Below are positions 30,526 through 43,140 of a DNA stretch of 64,000 nt, one piece after another. The stretch lies in assembly GCF_009914755.1 (NCBI RefSeq), contig NC_060942.1; one strand, given 5' to 3'. The translations under genes were made by a program, and so were the position numbers. Under the pieces are notes generated by a model. The model had not been told where the DNA came from. It saw only the letters and a list, made by a program, of their open reading frames with translations, and searched no databases. This DNA comes from the human T2T-CHM13v2.0 reference genome, Homo sapiens. Position 1 is the first letter of the stretch, and each line of letters opens with the position of its first letter.

Positions 30526-31332
30526 TAAAACAATTAACCTCTTGAGAGATAACTCTTGTGCTAAGCAGAGTGCCCACCTTCTAAAACTGTTTGTTTGAAT
30601 ATACATATATATATACATATAATTTTTTCTGTTATAACTACATATTTAGCACAATGTACATCTAGTGAGCTCTCAATTAATATTATGAAAGGCAGGACGA
30701 GATTCCCCATCCCCATGTGTGGATGTACCGTGAAATAAATCTGGGAACCAGAGAACTGGGAGAGCCAGATTAGGTGAGGATACTGATGATGTGTAAAAAT
30801 TGTATATTGTGTATGGTCCTAGCAGGAAATTTGTATGGAAGAAATGTTTTCTTACTTAGTTCAACATATTTTAGTGACAAACTTCATGGAAGAACACAGA
30901 AGACAGACAACTTCAGAAACATGTACATTTGTCTAGGACAATTCAGTTAGAAACAGAGTGTATGAATGGAATCTATTATATGATAAAATACCACAAATAT
31001 CATTTAATTTCTAGCAAGAAGATACTTAGTCTCTTTAAAAGATCCCAATGCTGGCATGTTAAAAAAAATTAACAGGTTTATTTATAATGTCATGAAGTTG
31101 AAATGCTCAATCTTGTCCACTGAAATATTTTGACTTGCATTAGTGCCTCATGCTTTCATATTTATATTAAAAATTTACACAGAAATTAAAAGCAAAAATC
31201 CTAATGTTTGGTTCTATCTCCTATTTTCCTATATTTAGTTATCTTTTGACCTAATGAACAACAACAAAAATGTCTTCCTGATCCTGGAGAAAGATACATT
31301 GTTTTAGTTTCTGGTTTGCTGTTTATTTGTGG

Positions 31333-31627
31333 TTGTTTTTTTTTTTTTGAGACGGAGTCTTGCTCTGTCCCCCAGGCTGGAGTGCAATGGCGCAATCTCA
31401 GCTCACTGCAACCTCTGCCTCCTGGGTTCAAGCAATTCTCTGCCTCAGCCTCCCGAGTAGCTGGGCTTACAGGTACCCGCCACCAGGCCTGACCAATTTT
31501 TTGTATTTTAATACAGATGGCATTTCATCATCTTGGCCAGGCTGGTCTTGAACTCCTGACCTCGTGATCTACCTGCCTCGGCCTCCCAAAATGCTGGGAT
31601 TACAGGTGTGAGCCACCACGCCCGGCC
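31333..31627 (-). mobile_element. AluS (Sc/Sg-like)
   Basis: Full dimer with poly-T; TSD TTATTTGT. Confidence 0.95.
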
Positions 31628-34159
31628 TTATTTGTTTTAATAATAGAATGTTTCCTATCATGGTGAAACTTAAGCACATTCTTTAGCTGAAGTTCTTTAG
31701 GGTAATTGTTATATGATTGACATGCATAGCACCCACCCACGCTGGTGTCTTCAAACAGGCTTGCCAAGTAGGACTCACTTGGTTCTGGCAAAGCCCCAGT
31801 AGTTGCATCCTAGAAACGCAGATCTCTTTTGAAATACTGGGCAATTTCCCCCACCAGATGCTGGAAAAGATGCTTCTATCTGATGTTAAGGAGCATTATG
31901 GCACTAAGCATTAAGGTGAGATGTCTGCACCACTCAATAGAAGGTCACCTTTGCAAGCAGCTTTTATATCTAGTCGCTTCCTGGTTGCTTTAACCTTTTG
32001 CCAGTGATATGTTTCTTCACAATTCATTACTTAGCTACTTCTCTTTGGGCTGCAACTCAGCTAGTAAGGCAGCTCTTTTGCTCTAGGGAGCAAAAGCAAC
32101 AGGAAGAGTCCGGTGAAAGCAAGGAAGTATTGAGCACTGCATGCAAATAGACCACCTGCAGGCAGAAGGCATCCTAGGCTTAGCCTGCTTGAAATAAACT
32201 AACCAAACATAACCATCCATCAACAGCAAAGTCAATGTTCAGAATACTTACACAGCTGCTCATGCTACCTAATTTTAAACATTTTAAATTGAGCAAATAT
32301 TGCTTAAAAGATGAAAACATGGAATATTAAACATTTCAAGAGATATTGCTTTGTGCAGACATGATGGATTGCTCTAAGCTTCTAATTCTCCACCTATAGA
32401 TTTGATAAGAGGTGATATTTGTTGCCTCCTATAGTAAACTGATAAAGCTGAAGAGAAAGTTCAATACGTACTTGAAGTAGATTGGCGATTTCTTTTCATT
32501 GTCTAGAGAAGTCATAAGCCTAATCCTCCATTTTTTTGAAATAGTTTTGAATAAGAGGAAATTCTTTTGTGAAAGAAAAGATATTGGCCACATATTTAGA
32601 AAAAGCATACTTGTTTACTGCATTGGATTTTAATATTAAAGCTGAATTAATAGTGTGTGGTTCAGCTTTCTAGAACTTCCTGTGAATAATTCATAGTGTC
32701 TAATATACCTCCTCTTAATTTGGTATCACCAGGACATTTACTTTATGGACTGAATATGAAAGAGGTTTCTTCTTATCAGATGCATGAATTAGCTATGAAT
32801 GGGAAATAATCTTTTAACTTAGCTTTATGCTTTTATTTTTTTTCATTTATCATCCAAAAAGAAGGTGCAGAAATGACAAAACAAACAAACAAAAACTTTA
32901 TTTTTCCTTTTGGTGATCATTTTCTTTTATCAGAAAAATAATGATAGTATACATTCTATGGGAGATTGTTATTTTTTGAAATGTAAGGACTCCTTATTCT
33001 AACTCATCTTAACCTATGTTTAGTTTTATTTTCCTTGAGAAAAACCTGGCAATCCAGAGTATTTTAATTTCTTCATTTTTGCTTTGTTTTGTAAATGCCC
33101 ATGGTGTCCAAAAGGTTCCCTAAGGGTGGATAGTTAAAAAGCTCCTTTTCTTTTCTTCACGGAAGTTCTTTTTGCAAGTGTGAAGAAAAAGAGCCTTAGG
33201 GGCTTTTCTTCTCCCTGTAAAAAATACTCCAAGTTCTTCATCTGATTGTATAATTGTGAAGATGATTAACTTCACAGTAACGGCAGAACTTTAATCCCAG
33301 CACATGAATAGTACACTTTGATGTTATTTATGACTATAATACACCACCCATTCATTTAAATATCATAGGAAAAATCAATCTACTCAAGGGAACGTGTGAG
33401 TTTCCTTCTTGGCCTGATTATAATAGGTATGATATGAATTTAATGAGTTTTAAACATTAAACATACTTTATGTAAAGATTTATTCTTTTGTTGTATTAAT
33501 GGAAGGTGAATGTATAGTTTCCTTATGAAATATTTTTACCTATTAACTTTTCCTAGAGAAAAACTAAACTTTATTTTCTCTTAGTTTCTTTACAAATGAA
33601 AATCCTAAGTTAAACCTTATTCATCAAATACATATATTACTCCCATGAATGTTTTCTGAAAACTGCTTTTTTGTCTAACAGCTTAAACTGTAATACTTTC
33701 TATGGGTAAGCCAAAAGGATCATTATAAGGTAAATATCTTTAATATAAAATAAAAGAAAATGTTACACTAGATAGTACTTATTGGAGATTTCGGAACCAG
33801 GAAATCCTAGAAGAAGCATACTTGAGGAAAATTTTCCATGAAAATGAAAACATAGGGATATTCTGTCTTATTTAAAAAAAAGAAATATTGAAAATATTTT
33901 CCTGAATGTTATTCTATTTATAGTAGAAGCAAGAGGCAATGATGATATCTTGGTTCAGTCTAGGAGGCATACACAGAATTAAGTACAATCACCAAAAGTA
34001 AAATACAAGTATAAATGACATTGAGACAAGGAGAACAAGCGTAGGTACTAATTGGAATTTGGAATCTGACTTCTTTTTGTTCTATAAGAATTTATGTGTC
34101 TTTGCTGAGACTCAATCAAACCTAATGAAAATTAGAAATAAGCATGTCTCTTCAGACCC

Positions 34160-34317
34160 TGAGAGGATACAAAAAAATAACTAATGGGTACTGGGTTTAA
34201 TAGCTGGTGATGAAATATTCTGTACAACAAACCCCCATGACACAAGTTTACTTATGCAACTAACCTGCAATTGTACCCCTGAACTTAAAAGTTAAAAAAA
34301 AAAAAACAAAAAAAAAA
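34160..34317 (+). mobile_element. Short L1PA (about PA12-16) 3' end with poly-A
   Basis: CTGTACAACAAACCCCCATGACACAAGTTTAC...CCCCTGAACTTAAAAGTT plus A tail; degenerate TSD GAAATAAGCAT/GAAAGAAGCAT. Confidence 0.85.
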
Positions 34318-34521
34318 GGAAAGAAGCATAGCTCTATGTCTATATTTATCTTTTTGTTGACAGTCAATACTTTACAACTTATCGATTTAAAAACATACTA
34401 GAATAAAATGCCAACTCTGCTTGCCACAAATGGTACGTGTATACGCATTTTGTGTATATGCAGGAGTGTTTTTTTCCAAGATATTATAACATGTTTCTTC
34501 AAATCAGAACACATTGGCAAG

Positions 34522-35430
34522 ATTTTATTAATAGATTCTAGTTTTTAGAATAGTTTCAGGTTCACAGCAATACTGAGTAAATGTACAGTGTTCCCATATC
34601 CACGCTGATTCCCATACATACACAACCTCCCCACTGTGGACATTCTGCACTACAGTGATACGTTTGTTACAATCAGTAAACCTATATTAGTACATCATTA
34701 TCACCCAAAGTTCATAGTTTACATTAAGGTTCACTTCTGGTGGTGTGAACCTAAGTTTTGACAAATGTATAATGGCATGTATCTACCATTGCAGTACCAC
34801 AAAGAATAGTTCTGCTGTCCTAAAAATAATCTGTGCTCCACCTACTCATCCCCCCTCCCCCTAACCTCTGGTCTCACGGATATATTTTATGTCTCCATAT
34901 TTTTGCCCTTTTGATAATGTCATAGAGTTGGAATTATACAGTATGTAGACTTTTCAATGGAAATTCTTTCATTTAGTAAATGTGCATTTTAAGTTCCTCA
35001 CTGTTTTTTTGTTGCTTGATAGCTTTTTTTTGTTTTTTTTAAGAACTATATTATATTCCACTGCCTGGATGTACTACAGTTTATTTATCCATTCACCTAC
35101 TGAGAGACATTCAATTGCTTCCAAGTGTTCACAATTATGAATAAAGCTGTTATAAACATCCATTTGCAGGTTTTTGTGTGGACATGTTTTTAGTTCATTT
35201 GGGTAAATATCAAGGAGCGCAATATCTGGATCATATGGTAAGAGCAGGTTTAGTTGTAAGAAACTGAGAAATTTTCTTCCTAAGTAGCTACAGCATTTTG
35301 CATTCCCAGCAGGAATAAATGAGTTCCTGTTGCTCCATATCCTTCCCAGCATTTAGTGTCTGCACTGTTTCGGATTTGGGTCTCACTAATAGATGTATAG
35401 TGGTAAGTCATATTGTTTGAATTTTTCTCT
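34522..35430 (-). mobile_element. L1MC1/2-like 3' end
   Basis: TTTAGAATAGTTTCAGGTTCACAGCAA...CATCATTATCACCCAAAG; ORF 35074-35352(-) is decayed ORF2 C-terminus (LPYDPDIALLDIYP). Confidence 0.85.
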
Positions 35431-35598
35431 TTTAAAGTATATACATTTTATTACTAACAGATCATGGAAATCTTCACAATAATATTGAGAGAGAAAGAAA
35501 GAGAAAAATGAACCTGACTTTTAAGGATTATGGTTTAGTAAAGATTCTAAGTTCTACTCTAAATTATTCTGTTTTTGTCCTTTCATGGAAATGCTAAG

Positions 35599-36001
35599 TG
35601 TCAGGCCTCTGAGCCCAAGCTAAGCCATCATATCCCCTGTGAACTGCACGTACACATCCAGATGGCCGGTTCCTGCCTTAACTGATGACATTCCACCACA
35701 AAAGAAGTAAAAATGGCCTGTTCCTGCCTTAACTGATGACATTGTCTTGTGAAATTCCTTCTCCTGGCTCATCCTGGCTCAAAAGCTCCTCCACTGAGTA
35801 CCTTGTGACCCCGACTCCTGCCCGCCAGAGAACAACCCCCCTTTTTCCTTTACCTACCCAAATCCTGTAAAACGGCCCCACCCCATCTCCCTTCACTGAC
35901 TCTCTTTTTGGACTCAGCTCGCCCGCACCCAGGTGAAATAAACAGCCATGTTGCTCACACAAAGCTTGTTTGGTGGTCTCTTCACACGGACGCGCATGAA
36001 A
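35599..36001 (+). mobile_element. HERV-H 5' LTR (LTR7)
   Basis: TGTCAGGCCTCTGAGCCCAAG...GCATGAAA; two GTTCCTGCCTTAACTGATGACATT repeats; AATAAA 35937-35942. Confidence 0.97.
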
Positions 36002-36003
36002 TT

Positions 36004-36021
36004 TGGTGCCGTGACTCGGAT
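36004..36021 (+). promoter_or_regulatory. Primer-binding site for tRNA-His
   Basis: TGGTGCCGTGACTCGGAT, complementary to the 3' 18 nt of tRNA-His, 2 nt after the 5' LTR. Confidence 0.95.
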
Positions 36022-37637
36022 CAGGGGACCTCCCTTGGGAGATCAATCCCCTGTCCTCCTGTTCTTTGCTCCGTGAAAAAGATCCACCTACGACCTCAGG
36101 TCCTCAGACCCACGAGCCCAAGGGACATCTCACCAATTTCAAATCCGTTAAGCGGCCTCTTTTTACTCTCCTCTCCAACCTCTCTCACTATCCCTCAACC
36201 TCTTTCTCCTCTCAATCTTGGCGCCACACTTCAATCTCTCCCTTCTCTTAATTTCAATTCCTTTCATTTTCTGGTAGAGACAAAGGAGACATGTTTTATC
36301 CGTGGACCCAAAACTCCGGCGCCGGTCACGGACTAGGGAAGGCAGCCTTCCCTGGGTGTTTAATCGCTGCAGGGACGCCACGCCTCTCTGATTATTCACC
36401 CAGGTTTCAGAGGTGTCAGACCACGCAGGGACGCCTGCCTTGGTCCTTCACCCTTAGCGGCAAGTCCCACTTTTCTGGGGAAGGGGCAGATATCCCAACC
36501 CCTTCTCTCCATGTCTCTACCCCTTCTCTGCTTTTCTGGGGGAGAGGCAAGAACCCCTCAACCCCTTCTTCACCCTTAGTGGCAAGTCCCGCTTTTCTGG
36601 GGGAAGGGCAAGTACCCCAACCTCATATCTCTGTGCCCCAATCCCTTATTTCTGTGCCCCGACCCCTTTCCCACTTTTCTGGAGGGTAAGAACCCCCGAA
36701 CCACTTCCCTCCGTGTCTCTACTCTCCCTTTTCTTTAAACTTGCCTCCTTCACTATAGGCAAGCTTCCACCCTCCATTCTTCCTTCTTCTCCCTTAGCCT
36801 GTGTTCTCAAGAACTTAAAACCTCTTCAACTCACACGTGACCTAAAACCTAAATGCCTTATTTTCTTCTGCAATGCTGCTTGACCCCAATACAAACTCGA
36901 CAGTGTTTCCAAATAGCCAGAAAACGGCACTTTCAATTTTTCCATCCTGCAAGATCTAAATAATTCTTGTTGTAAAATGGGCAAACAGTCTGAGGTGTCT
37001 GACGTCCAGGCATTCTTTTACACATCAGTCCCTCCCTAGTCTGTGCCCAGTGCAACTCGTCCCAAATCTTCCTTCCCTCCCTTCCACCTGTCCCCTCAGT
37101 CCCAACCCCAAGCATCGCTGAGTCTTTCTAATCTTCCTTTTCTACAGACCCATCTGACCTCTCCCTTCCTCCCCAGGCTGCTCCTTGCCAGGCTGAGCTA
37201 AGTCCCAATTCTTCCTCAGCCTCCACTCCTCCACCCTATAATCTTTTTATCACCTCCCCTCCTCACACCTGGTCGGGTTTACAGTTTCATTCCATGAGTA
37301 GCCCTCCCCCACCTGCCCAGCAATTTCTTCTTAAAAAGGTGGCTGAAGCTAAAGGCGTAGTCAAGGTTAATGCTCCTTTTTCTTTATCCGACCTCTCCCA
37401 AATCAGTTAGCGTTTAGACTCTTTTTCATCAAATATAAAAAACCCAGCCTAGTTCATGGCTCGTTCGGCAGCAACCCTGAGACGCTTTACAGCCCTAGAC
37501 CCTAAAAGGTCAAAAGGCCGTCTTATTCTCAAAATACATTTTATTACCCAATCTGCTCCCGACATTAAATAAAACTCCAATAATTAAATTCCGGCCCTCA
37601 AACCCCACAACAGGATTTAATTAACCTTGCCATCAAG

Positions 37638-37967
37638 GTGTACAATAATAGAAAAAAGTTGCAATTCCTTGCCTCCACTGTGAGACAAACCCCAGCCACA
37701 TCTCCAGCACACAAGAACTTCCAAAGGTCTGAACCGCAGCGGCCAGGCGTTCCTCCAGATCCTCCTCCCCCAGGAACTTGCTACAAGAGCCAGAAATCTG
37801 ACCACCAGGCCAAGAAATGCCTGCAGCCCAGGATTCCTCCTAAGCCATGTCCCATCTGTGCGGGACCCCACTGGAAATCGGACTGTTCAACTCACCTGGC
37901 AGCCACTCCCAGAGCCCCTGGAACTCTGGCCCAAGGCTCTCTGACTCCTTCTCGGCTTAGCGGCTGA
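37638..37967 (+). pseudogene. gag: HERV-H gag nucleocapsid remnant
   Basis: Degenerate first zinc knuckle (CYKSQKSDHQAKKC) and intact second CCHC knuckle (CPICAGPHWKSDC). Confidence 0.9.
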
Positions 37968-38040
37968 AGACTGATGCTGCCCGATCGCCTCGGAAGCCCC
38001 GTAGACCATCACAGACGCTGAGCTTCGGGTAACTCTCACA

Positions 38041-38808
38041 GTGGAAGGTAAATCCGTCCCCTTAGTCAATACGGAGGCTACCCACTCCACATTACCTTCT
38101 TTTCAAGGGCCTGTTTCCCTTGCCTCCATAGCTGTTGTGGGTATTGATGGCCAGGCTTCTAAACCCCTGAAAACTCCCCCACTCTGGTGCCAACTTGGAC
38201 AACACTGTTTTATGCACTCTTTGTTAGTTATCCCCACCTGCCCAGTTCCCTTATTAGGCCGAGATATTTTAACCAAATTATCTGCTTCCCTGACTATTCC
38301 TGGACTACAGCTGCATCTCATTGCCGCCCTTCTCCCCAACCCAAAGCCTCCTTCGCGTCTTCCTCTCGTATCCCCCCACCTTAACCCACAAGTATGGGAC
38401 ATCTCTACTCCTTCCCTGGCAACGGATCACATGCCAATTACCATCCCATTAAAACCTAATCACCCTTACCCCACTCAATGCCAATATCCCATCCCACAGC
38501 TCGCTTTAAAAGAATTAAAGCCTGTTATCACTCACCTGCTACAGCATGGGCTTCTAAAACCTATAAACTCTCCTTACAATTCCCCCATTTTACCTGTCCA
38601 AAAACCGGACAAGTCTTACAGATTAGTTCAGGATCTGCACCTTATCAACCAAATTGTTTTGCCTATCCACCCTGTGGTGCCCAACCCCTACACTCTTTTG
38701 TCCTCAATACCTTCTTCCACAACTCACTATTCCGTTCTGGATCTTAAAGATGCTTTTTTCACTATTCCCCTGCACCCCTCGTCCCAGCCTCTCTCTGCTT
38801 TCACTTAG
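38041..38808 (+). pseudogene. pol: HERV-H pro-pol remnant (protease and RT N-terminus)
   Basis: 255 open codons: degenerate protease active site (VNTEA), LLGRD, SPYNSPILPV, YRLVQDL, LDLKDAFF; premature stop, followed by LPQGFADSP. Confidence 0.92.
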
Positions 38809-39459
38809 ACTGACCCTGACACCCATTAGGCTCAGCAAATTACCTGGGCTGTACTGCCGCAAGGCTTCGCAGACAGCCCCCATTACTTCAGTCAAGCCCA
38901 AATTTCATCCTCATCTGTTACCTATCTCAGCATAATTCTCATAAAAACACACGTGCTTTCCCTGCTGATCCTGTCCGATTAATCTCCCAAACCTCAATCC
39001 CTTACAAAACAACAACTCCTTTCCTTCCTAGGCATGGTTAGTGCGGTTAGAATTCTTACACAAGAGCCAGGACCGCACCCTGTAGCCTTTCTGTCCAAAC
39101 AACTTGACCTTACTGTTTTAGCCTAGCCCTCATGTCTCCGTGCAGCGGCTGCTGCCGCCCTAATACTTTTAGAGGCCCTAAAAATCACAAACTGTGCTCA
39201 ACTCACTCCCTACATTTCTCATAACTTCCAAAATCTATTTTCTTCCTCACACCTGACGCATATACTTTCTGCTCCCCCGGCTCCTTCAGCTGTACTCACT
39301 CTTCGTTAAGTCCCACAATTACCATTGTTCCTGGCCCGGACTTCAGTCCAGCCTCCCACATTATTCCTGATACCACACCTGACCCCCATGACTGTATCTA
39401 TCTGATCCACCTGACATTCACCCCATTTCCCCATACTTCCTTCTTTCCTCTTCCTCACC

Positions 39460-40180
39460 CTGATCACGCTTGATTTATTGATGGCAGTTCCACCAGGCCT
39501 AATCACCACACACCAGCAAAGGCAGGCTATGCTATAGTACAAGCCACTAGCCCGCCTCTTAGTACCTCTCATTTCCTTTCCATCGTGGAAATCTATCCTC
39601 AAGGAAATAACTTCTCAGTGTTCCGTCTGCTATTCTACTACTCCTCAGGGATTATTCTGGCCCCCTCCCTTCCCTACACATCAAGCTCGAGGATTTGCCC
39701 CCACCCAGGACTGGCAAATTAGCTTTACTCAACATGCCCCGAGTCAGATAACTAAAATACCTCTTGGTCTAGGTAGACACTTTCACTGGATAGGTAGAGG
39801 CCTTTCCTACAGGGTCTGAGAAGGCCACCGCAGTCATTTCTTCCCTTCTGTCAGACATAATTCCTCAGCTTAGCCTTCCCACCTCTATACAGTCTGATAA
39901 CAGACCAGCCTTTATTAGTCAAATCCGCTAAGCAGTTTTTCAGGCTCTTAGTATTCAGTGAAACCTTTATATCCTTTATGGTCCTCCATCTTCAGGAAAA
40001 GTAGAACAGACTAAAGGTCTTTTAAAAACACACCTCACCAAGCTCAGCCACCAACTTAAAAAGGACTGGACAATACTTTTACCACTTTCGCTTCTCAGAA
40101 TTCAGGCCTGTCCTCGGAATGCTACAAGGTACAGCCCATTTGAGCTCCTGTATAGATGCTCCTTTTTATTAGGCCCCAGT
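39460..40180 (+). pseudogene. pol: HERV-H RNase H/integrase remnant
   Basis: FIDGSS (~39474), DWQI, VDTFTG*VEAFP, QSDNRPAF motifs with stops and frameshifts. Confidence 0.85.
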
Positions 40181-40777
40181 CTCATTCCAGACACCAGACC
40201 AACTTGGACTGTGCCACAAAAAACTTGTCATCCCTACTATCTTCTGTCTAGTCATACTCCTATTCACCATTCTCAACTACTCCTACATGCCCTGCTCTTG
40301 TTTACACTGCCAGTTTATACTGTTTCTCCAAGCCAGCACAGCTGATATCTCCTGGTGCTATCCCCAAACCACCACTCTTAACTCTTAAATAAATAATCTT
40401 TACTGGCAAGGCTATGCTGAACCTCCTTAGGCACTCTCTAATTAGATGTCCTAGGTCCTCCCAATTCTTAGTCCTTTAATACCTGTTTTTCTCCTTCTCT
40501 TATTCCGTTTAGTTTTTCAATTCATACAAAACTGTATCCAGGCCATCACCAATAATTCTAAATGACAAATGTTTCTTCTAACAACCCCACAGTATCACCC
40601 CTTACCACAAAATCTTCCTTCAGTTTAATCACTCCCACTCTAGGTTCCCACGCCGCCCCTAATCCCGCTGGAAGCAGCCCTGAGAAACATCGCCCATTAT
40701 CGCTCCATACCACCCCGCAAAAATTTTCACTGTCCCAACACTTTACCACTATTTCGTTTTATTTTTCTTATTAATAT

Positions 40778-40790
40778 AAGAAGACAGGAA
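40778..40790 (+). promoter_or_regulatory. Polypurine tract
   Basis: AAGAAGACAGGAA immediately before the 3' LTR. Confidence 0.85.
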
Positions 40791-41193
40791 TGTCAGGCCT
40801 CTCAGCCCAAGCTAAGCCATTATATCCCCTGTGAACTGCACGTACACATCCAGATGGCCGGTTCCTGCCTTAACTGATGACATTCCACCACAAAAGAAGT
40901 AAAAATGGCCTGTTCCTGCCTTAACTGATGACACTATCTTGTGAAATTCCTTCTCCTGGCTCATCCTGGCTCAAAAGCTCCCCCACTGAGTACCTTGTGA
41001 CCCCCACTCCTGCCTGCCAGAGAACAACCCCCCTTTTTCCTTTACCTACCCAAATCCTGTAAAAGGGCCCCACCCCATCTCCCTTTGCTGACTCTCTTTT
41101 CAGACTCAGCTCGCCTGCACCCAGGTGAAATAAACAGCCTTGTTGCTCACACAAAGCCTGTTTGGTGGTCTCTTCACGTGGACGCGCATGAAA
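40791..41193 (+). mobile_element. HERV-H 3' LTR (LTR7)
   Basis: Colinear with the 5' LTR, 17 substitutions in 403 bp by manual alignment, no indels; AATAAA 41129-41134. Confidence 0.97.
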
Positions 41194-41395
41194 CTAAGAC
41201 CTTTACCTCTGGATTCACTTGAATGGTTCTCCCGAAAATCCACATAATCTCCAGATTCATACTACTATTTTAAAAAATCAAATAATCCTTACCTTACTTA
41301 CTTCAGAGAGGCATTTAGCTTTAAGTCAATGTAAGTGATATACTTGTATAAAAGGGACATTTATGCATTGTAAATTATCTGGAAATATAGGATAT

Positions 41396-42005
41396 TGAAA
41401 CCACCTTGGCAAAAAATTATAACTGAGGCAATTATGACAGTGAAAGAGATAAGACCTCACTGATTCTATCTTGCCTGGGGACCGGTCTGCTTTTGTAGGA
41501 TTAACAAATTAGCTAGAAGATTAAAAATTACTATTTAGCGGCCATGCGGCCTCTGGCTGCAAGAGGCCAAATCTCCGCAGGTTGCACCTAAGAATAACAT
41601 CACTGTTGTAAAGCCTAAGATTGGTGTTTGAGATATTTTGCAGGCCCTGCATTCCGATGCACCAGCTGACACCACTCAGATCCATAATCTGGCTCAATCA
41701 GTTCTGCGATTCCACTCAGGAACAGAAGACAGCAAGAAGAACTCACTTTGACCCTTCATGATTTAATCTTCAACTCCATCAGTCAGCATTCCCCCACTTC
41801 CTGAGCCCCTTCCCACCAAATTATCTTTAAAAACTCTGATCCAATCCTTGAGTTTTCTCAGGGAGACTGATCTGAGTAATAATAAAACTCTGGTTTTCCA
41901 CACAGCCCGGTCTGCGTGAATTACTCTTTCTCCATTGCAATTCCCCGTCTTGATAAATCAGCTCTGTCTAGGCAGTGGGAAAGGTGAATGCGTTAAGCAA
42001 TAACA
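41396..42005 (+). mobile_element. LTR8 (ERV1) solo LTR, probably with internal deletion
   Basis: TGAAACCACCTTGGCAAAAAATTATAACTGAG...GGGAGACTGATCTGAGTAATAATAAAACTC...TAACA. Confidence 0.85.
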
Positions 42006-42029
42006 CTACTGTTAATTAAAGCGATTCTG

Positions 42030-42800
42030 ATGACAAATAAACACATGTCAAGATGCCCAACTTCATTAGTTATTAGAGAAATATGAACTAAATCCATAAT
42101 GATATGCCACTTCACACCTATTAAAATGGCTGAAATTGTTTTTTAAATGTCAATACCGAGTATTGGTGAGCAGTGAACTCATATATTGCTGGTGAGAATG
42201 CAAACTGATACAACTACTTTGAAAAATTGCCAATTTCTTATAAAGTTAAATATATACTTATAAGACTTGGTAACCCCAGCAATTTACTCAAGAGATACGA
42301 AAATATGTTTCCGCAAAAACCAGTATATGACTGTTTATAGCAGCTTTATCCATAATTACTCACAACCAGAGATCCCAAATGTCTATCCACTAGTGGATGG
42401 ATGAAAAAATTTTATTACATCCCATACCAAGGAAATACTACTCAGCCATGAAAAATAATGAATTATGGATATAATCAACAATATGGCTAAATCTCAAAAG
42501 CATTATGTTAAGTGAAAGAAGCCAGAGACAAATGGCTACATCATATATGGTTACCTGTATACATAATTTTAGGAAAGAAAAAAATTATAGTTTCATAAAT
42601 CGTATCAGTGGTTTCAAGAGCTGGAAGTAGTAAGGGTCTAATTACAAGAAGGCACAAAAGAATTTTCTGAGATGATGAAATATTCTATATCTTGATTGTT
42701 TACACGATTTTACACACTTATAGTTATTGAACTGTAAACATAAAAGGGGTAGGTCTTTCTGTATGTAAATTACACCTCAATAAACCTGACTTATAAAAAT
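42030..42800 (+). mobile_element. L1ME/L1MB-type 3' end
   Basis: ORF2 end and 3' UTR motifs ending TGTAAATTACACCTCAATAAA. Confidence 0.8.
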
Positions 42801-42999
42801 AATGATAGGCACCATGTTCACTCAAAACACACAATAGGTGTTAAACGTGTTATTTTACTCATAATTTTTTATTTCATTCTGATTTAGGAGTGGCAAAAAG
42901 TTATGAGTGTTAATAGTGATTCTAAATATAATTGCCTATAGGCACTTTCAATGAACTATATATATACAGTTTTATAATTATTTTCTTTTACTTTATTAT

Positions 43000-43140
43000 T
43001 TTTGTTTGCTTGCTTGTTTGTTTAAAGCTGGGGTCTCTGTATGTTGCCTAGGCTGGCCTCAAACTCCTGGGCTCAAGTGATCCTCCCACCTCAGCCTCCT
43101 GAGTAGCTGAGACTACAAGTATGGGCCACTGCACTTGGCT
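43000..43140 (-). mobile_element. FLAM (free left Alu monomer)
   Basis: Single monomer CTCAAACTCCTGGGCTCAAGTGATCCTCCCACCTCAGCCTCC...TAGCTG. Confidence 0.85.

Larger units (their letters stand above)
35599..41193 (+). mobile_element. HERV-H provirus, common internally deleted ~5.6-kb form
   Basis: Two 403-bp LTR7s, perfect 5-bp TSD CTAAG (35594-35598, 41194-41198), tRNA-His PBS, gag/pro/pol remnants, PPT; env largely absent. Confidence 0.98.

Noticed and set aside
33118-33201. Imperfect hairpin (TTTTCTTCAC/GTGAAGAAAA plus CCCTAAGG/CCTTAGGG)
   Set aside because: Low-complexity 10-bp core with a large bulge; compatible with chance.
38041-38808. Possible functional retroviral protease/RT
   Set aside because: Catalytic DTG is NTE, no ATG start, stop before the RT core and no YxDD motif found downstream.
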